Source: Tetramitus jugosus (lineage: Eukaryota > Protista > Heterolobosea). From it: 64,000 nucleotides of DNA. The DNA lies in contig OW569387.1 in NCBI GenBank assembly GCA_937625935.1, positions 310,001 through 374,000 of the forward strand, in the 5' to 3' direction. Every line of letters begins with the position of its first letter. The stretch's first letter is position 1. A program made the position numbers and the translations under genes. This document shows positions 59,304-64,000 of the stretch, one piece after another. Below the pieces are notes generated by a model. The model was not told the DNA's origin. It ran no database searches and saw only the letters and a program-made list of their open reading frames with translations.

Positions 59304-60896
59304 ATGCAAGACAGTGATGACGAGAGCGTGCCTGAAACTAGTGCAGCAACCACCATTGAAAAGGAACCAACAGATAACAAGCAATACAAGTTCACCCAAG
59401 TCGCTCAACTGAACAGTCAACTGTTGACTTGGTACGATGCAAATCATCGTATTTTACCATGGAGAACAAATCCAAAGACATCTCACGTGCACGGCAAGGG
59501 CAAGAATGGCAAAGTGTCAAGCAGGGATGATGAACCGAAGAGTGAGAACTCCTCAGTAGAAACAATCAAAGCCGAGGATCTCAATCAGAGGGCCTATCAA
59601 GTCTGGATCAGTGAAATTATGTCTCAGCAGACGCGTATTGCTACGGTTCTGTCGTACTATAAGAATTGGATGAAACAATTTCCGACTGTAGATGATTTGG
59701 CTCGCGCTAGCGTGGATGATGTGCATGCTGTGTGGTCCGGATTGGGTTATTATAGACGTGCAGACAATATCCACAAGGCTGCAAAGAAAGTTGTCACTGA
59801 TATGAAGGGTAAGTTTCCAACCAACGCAAAAGACTTGTTAGAGCTGCCAGGAGTAGGTAGATACACTGCAGGCGCCATTGCGAGTATCGTTTTCAGGGAG
59901 CGAGCACCAATTGTTGATGGAAATGTGCTTCGTTTGTTCTCTAGACTGCAGATGATACCATTTGATATTTCAAAGCAAAAGAATTGCAACGATTATTTCT
60001 GGCCGTTGGCACAGCAATTGGTATCAGATGTGTCGGTGCCTAATGATCGAATTGGTGACTTGAACCAGAGTTTGATGGAAATGGGAGCAACTGTGTGTAC
60101 ACCAAAGAATCCAAGTTGTTCAGAGTGTTGTATTCGCGATTTGTGCGAGGCCAATGAGAGTGTTCAGAATGGTGAGTCAGTAAGTGTCGAGATATGGCCA
60201 GTGAAAGCGAAAAAGAAGCAAAAGGCAATCAAGTTTGTTGCTGTTTGTATATTGTTTAAGAACCCAGATGAGACTGTTGAAGATTCTCCCAAAGAACAAC
60301 AATACTACATTATGAAAAATCCATCGAGTGGTCTTCTGGCCAATTTATATCAATTCCCTTCGATAACAATCGAAGAAGATACCGCAGATGGTGTTATTGA
60401 AAAGTCATTGCAAAAGTACATTATGAAAAACACTGATCTAGATCTGTCAGTCTTTAATGCTTCATTTGAATATTGTGGCCAGGTACAGCACATATTCACG
60501 CATATTGATATGCAACTTAAAGTATACGCTGCTTGCTTGGAGAATTCGGTCGAAACCAAGACAAGCAAAGCAAAAGAAATTGAATCTGCGTTCGTGACAC
60601 TCTCTGGATTCGATGATTATGGCATTCCAACGTTGGTCCGAAAGGTTTTCCAACGCTTCATAGACAAGGACAATGATGTGAAGAGTACCAAATCTGTGAA
60701 AAAGTGTAGTACCCCGAAGAAGAAACCAACCTTGAAACCAAGCACAACCAAGAGACGGAGGTCAGTAGCGAAACAAGAAGATAGCGATTCAGAACAACCA
60801 GACGAGGATGAGGATGAGGAGAAGGTCGATGTTCAAAAGAGGCCTCGAACACGATCACAGACTAAGCTGACTCAATTTTTTATCAAGCCAGAGTGA
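59304..60896 (+). CDS. MUTYH: A/G-specific adenine DNA glycosylase MutY
   Basis: LPWR, VWISEIMSQQT, WSGLGYY, HhH LPGVGRYTAGAI, VDGNV, 4Fe-4S CTPKNPSCSECCIRDLC, C-terminal HIFTH; PIP-like QTKLTQFF. Confidence 0.96.
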   Translation: MQDSDDESVPETSAATTIEKEPTDNKQYKFTQVAQLNSQLLTWYDANHRILPWRTNPKTSHVHGKGKNGKVSSRDDEPKSENSSVETIKAEDLNQRAYQVWISEIMSQQTRIATVLSYYKNWMKQFPTVDDLARASVDDVHAVWSGLGYYRRADNIHKAAKKVVTDMKGKFPTNAKDLLELPGVGRYTAGAIASIVFRERAPIVDGNVLRLFSRLQMIPFDISKQKNCNDYFWPLAQQLVSDVSVPNDRIGDLNQSLMEMGATVCTPKNPSCSECCIRDLCEANESVQNGESVSVEIWPVKAKKKQKAIKFVAVCILFKNPDETVEDSPKEQQYYIMKNPSSGLLANLYQFPSITIEEDTADGVIEKSLQKYIMKNTDLDLSVFNASFEYCGQVQHIFTHIDMQLKVYAACLENSVETKTSKAKEIESAFVTLSGFDDYGIPTLVRKVFQRFIDKDNDVKSTKSVKKCSTPKKKPTLKPSTTKRRRSVAKQEDSDSEQPDEDEDEEKVDVQKRPRTRSQTKLTQFFIKPE

Positions 60897-61078
60897 ATTT
60901 AATCTTGGGATATTATTTATTTATTAAGGTGGTGCATCTGCCATCTGCCACCAGTTCAAAGAGCGCACCGAAGTCGAATGATCTCCGTTCATCTTGGTGA
61001 CCTGTGAGTTAATTACCTCTGGATCCATCGTTCTGCTGAAGGATGACTTAGTGTCTCCAAGAGTTTTGGTACAAAAGA

Positions 61079-61635
61079 TCAAATGTCTTCCCAACAAACT
61101 GAACATTTTCTCAATATCATTGCGCATTCGTCACAGTGCCACATGTGCCTCAAGTATGTCCTTTTAGGCGTGAGGCAATGAGGACATTCAATATCATGAG
61201 GTGCCGTAAAGTATGCAGTTGTTTGCTTTTGGTGCTTTTTGCAGCAGTAATCTTTTACGGTGTGCTTTGGAATCTCTGAAAGATCTGTGATACACATTCA
61301 TGAGTTAAACTTCCACTTAGAAACCTCAAAAGAAAACGGTCATAGCATTTCGAATACATCAACGTACTGAGTGGCAAGATAAAGACACCGGCGGAAATAT
61401 CTGCCTTCATTCCTCTGGGAGATCCTCTTGTAGGTGATCGAACCTGAGTCGTTGAGTTTCCACATTGGGAACACTTCTCCTTGAACAGAGCACAACTCTT
61501 GCAGTAAGTGTACTGTTTCAAGTTGGTCTTTTTCTTCGTTTTGCACAGTTTACACACAACTTCGTAACTCTCTGCAACAGTTTCTGGCTCTTGATGCACA
61601 CGGCAAAAGTGAGACATAAAGATCTGGTGAGCCAT
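61079..61635 (-). CDS. Small protein with two tandem CRIPT-like Cys-rich zinc-binding repeats; join(61368..61635,61079..61284)
   Basis: Each exon encodes CxxH..CxxC..CxxCA.....CxxC; a phase-1 GTACGT..CAG intron joins them. Confidence 0.7.
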
Positions 61636-61750
61636 CTATTGCGACTCTCTCAAATTCTGTAGTCTCCAACCGAAGAACGACCGAAATTTACCGTCCCGAT
61701 TCAACGAAAAATTTTCCTTGTGAGATGCACTTGAATTTTTATTACTTTTA

Positions 61751-62110
61751 TTACTTGGTTTCTTCACTATCATTGTTAGCACTATTCTTATTGTACTTAT
61801 CTACAATCGTCTGATAGCTCGCTCCCAAATACAGTTTGAGCATAGTCGGTGTCGCCGATCTCACTTCAACCAACACTGTTTCCTTGTTGAGTCGCTTGTG
61901 AGCTTCAAATCGATGACATCCACCAAAACTGAACATGAGACCCGTATCTATATCCTGAAGCACTTGAATAGGAACTTGTAAACCTTCTCGATCAATCGAC
62001 ACCATCAAACACTCTACCTTGTCATGATCCAACACGGGTGCAATGGGCCGAATGACTTGACTCATTGGAACAGTTTTGACATTGACTAATAATGGTTCTT
62101 GTTCAATCAT
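61751..62110 (-). CDS. SRXN1: Sulfiredoxin
   Basis: ParB-like fold with FSFGGCHR signature, LKLYLG. Confidence 0.93.
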   Translation of the reverse strand: MIEQEPLLVNVKTVPMSQVIRPIAPVLDHDKVECLMVSIDREGLQVPIQVLQDIDTGLMFSFGGCHRFEAHKRLNKETVLVEVRSATPTMLKLYLGASYQTIVDKYNKNSANNDSEETK

Positions 62111-62524
62111 TATGATTGTTGTTCACTTGTTGTTGGTGGTTGCTTTGTTGTTTTTGTTGAGTTCGGTCTTGAGAAATGGGATCAATTGACTTGAGCTCAA
62201 TCATGAAGGAATTCTCCTTGGAAAATATGATTTGGGTATTTGGTCCTCAGTTTGTTGAGCAATAACAAACATTATCCGCAGTTGGCAAAGGCTGCATTTT
62301 GTGTGCAATGACTGACACCATTGTACTTTTCCTTGAGCCAACAAACTTTGGAGCTCTTGTGAATCCTTGTGCGAGATCGCCCTGGACGGAATCATCATTG
62401 TATTACAAAAAATAGAATTGGATGTTTTATTTGGTTGAAAAGGAATTCCACCTTCTGATGGGTAGTTATCCCCTTCAAACTCTTCCAGCAAAACCAAACT
62501 CAAAACAAGTTGATTGTATACAAT

Positions 62525-64000
62525 ATGAAGTTTTCGGTTATTCTATTGGCAGCAGTACTTTGTCTAATGGGCTTTGCTCATTCTCAATCTCTGGAGTGGT
62601 TCGATGAAGTAACAAAGGGTCCTGGTTTCCAAATTATTAGGCCCTCCTTTGTTAGGTCGGATGCTCAGGACAATATCTATGTGGTCAAGTTGCAGACTTC
62701 GTCGTCACCTGGCGGCACAGCTGGGGCTGCTCAGATATTGAAGTACAATTCAACAGGTTTCCTGCAATGGGCTTTCAACGCTTCCTCCAATTCTATCAAT
62801 CCAGTTGGGTGGTTTGATGTGGCAGATGATGGTTCCAGCTTTATTACCGGTAGTAACTTGTTCATTGGTCCTGGTTCATTCGCAAATGGCTTTGTGCAAA
62901 AGGTTGATACTAACAGAGCGCTTCAATGGCAGAAAACATTCGAAAATTCTGCCATGGGGCGAGCGGTACCACTACCTGATGGTCTTGTTCGAGTAGAAGT
63001 TAGCAATATTAACAATGGTTCTGAGTATTCCAACACCTATGACACGAATGGCCTGCTGTTGTCCACTGAGCCCTTGACCAATGCTGTGGTATCTACTGGT
63101 GCTTTGAATCCTGTCACTGCCAGCACATCTAACAGCTTGGGCAATTTCTGCGGGGTTCTTCCTTTGTCTGGACCAGACGTCTTCTTCCAATTTGTTCAAT
63201 TGAATGCATCTGGTGGAATTATCTGGAGTCAACCTGTCTCGGGCATTTTCTTCTCATCTGGTGTTTCACAAATCTTGATCGATGAGACTGGAAACTGCTT
63301 GTTTGTGGGATCAGGTAGTAACATGACCGTGGGTCCATTGAGTTTTCCACCATCCGAACTGAGATCCAACTTCCTTACATTCATCAACTCTTCGGGCGTT
63401 CCTCAATTGTTGAAGGTTTATGATTTCCAATCAATCGATGGTGTGGCTTGTGGAGCACTACCAACAACCTTCGCTAAATGTTGGATCTCTGGGGTAGACC
63501 TGGATGGAGGACCTGCACTTGCTAGACTGAACACTACCTTTAGTCTCAATGAACTTTTTGTTGGAGAGGGAATTAACACTACACGTTCCTTTAAGATTGT
63601 TTTCAATACCCATGGTAGATTAGCTGGAGCTTTCAGTACAGGGCAAGCCTCAGGAACATGGTTCGAAACTCCTATTGTAGTACCTCTCAATCCAAGCAAT
63701 ATATTCACTGGAGCTCTATTCGTGTTCCAGTTGAACCTGGCCACAACCAGTTGCAATAGAACTCAATTGTGCTCTACTGAAGAAAACTGTTGTGTGATTA
63801 GTGATGAACAAACTGTTTGCTTCTCTCCATCAACAAACAGTTGTTTCTCGCAAGTAGGAAAACTGTGCCCAGCAGGATTTTTGCCATGTGGAGAAGATTG
63901 TTACTCCCTGGAAGAGTTCTCTTGTGTCAACTCTTCACTATGTCCCGTGGGCACTCTACATTGCGGAAATGCATGCTACAATCCATCTCAGTTCAGTTGC
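62525..64000 (+). CDS. Secreted beta-propeller protein with C-terminal CBM52-like Cys-rich repeats, 3'-partial
   Basis: Not in the ORF track because it runs off the right edge. MKFSVILLAAVLCLMGFAHS signal peptide; repeats ILKYNSTGFLQW, VQKVDTNRALQW, VQLNASGGIIW; then LCPAGFLPCGEDCY..., LCPVGTLHCGNACYNPSQFSC. Confidence 0.8.
   Translation, partial: MKFSVILLAAVLCLMGFAHSQSLEWFDEVTKGPGFQIIRPSFVRSDAQDNIYVVKLQTSSSPGGTAGAAQILKYNSTGFLQWAFNASSNSINPVGWFDVADDGSSFITGSNLFIGPGSFANGFVQKVDTNRALQWQKTFENSAMGRAVPLPDGLVRVEVSNINNGSEYSNTYDTNGLLLSTEPLTNAVVSTGALNPVTASTSNSLGNFCGVLPLSGPDVFFQFVQLNASGGIIWSQPVSGIFFSSGVSQILIDETGNCLFVGSGSNMTVGPLSFPPSELRSNFLTFINSSGVPQLLKVYDFQSIDGVACGALPTTFAKCWISGVDLDGGPALARLNTTFSLNELFVGEGINTTRSFKIVFNTHGRLAGAFSTGQASGTWFETPIVVPLNPSNIFTGALFVFQLNLATTSCNRTQLCSTEENCCVISDEQTVCFSPSTNSCFSQVGKLCPAGFLPCGEDCYSLEEFSCVNSSLCPVGTLHCGNACYNPSQFSC

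Noticed and set aside
1-64000. Alternative genetic code or stop readthrough
   Set aside because: All conserved genes translate fully with the standard code once GT-AG introns are removed; TAA, TAG and TGA all act as stops.

Overview
Gene-dense, intron-poor eukaryotic nuclear DNA in the standard genetic code. It has GT-AG spliceosomal introns mostly 60-145 nt long, CAA/AAC-rich leaders and low-complexity N/Q/S/T tracts. Gene content (axonemal dynein IC, Zn2Cys6 factor, Ntox11-like protein, Crinkler-type effector) suggests a flagellum-capable protist, most plausibly a heterolobosean/discoban; that placement is inference. I find about 35 protein genes plus one intron-containing tRNA-Leu(TAG). 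Housekeeping genes: poly(A) polymerase, PP2C, ATP12, RPS24, LSM7, DNAI1, PA200/Blm10, ERI1-family nuclease, ATG16, UXT, kinesin-1, Cdc25-like rhodanese, Rap1-like, Lon, RRP41, LDAH, MUTYH, sulfiredoxin. Most interesting: (1) an Ntox11 polymorphic-toxin-like protein; (2) a Crinkler/RHS-type NTPase+REase gene next to the tRNA; (3) three introns (PAP, an NAD-epimerase, the Zn2Cys6 factor) that each contain an AG..GT-bounded candidate micro-exon inside or against an RNA stem, and the PAP intron is also stop-free in frame; (4) an intergenic three-way-junction RNA candidate; (5) tandem two-pore K+ channels sharing an unrecognised N-terminal domain; (6) a TOPLESS-like LisH-CTLH-propeller protein. Splice models and folds were worked out by hand and are predictions.
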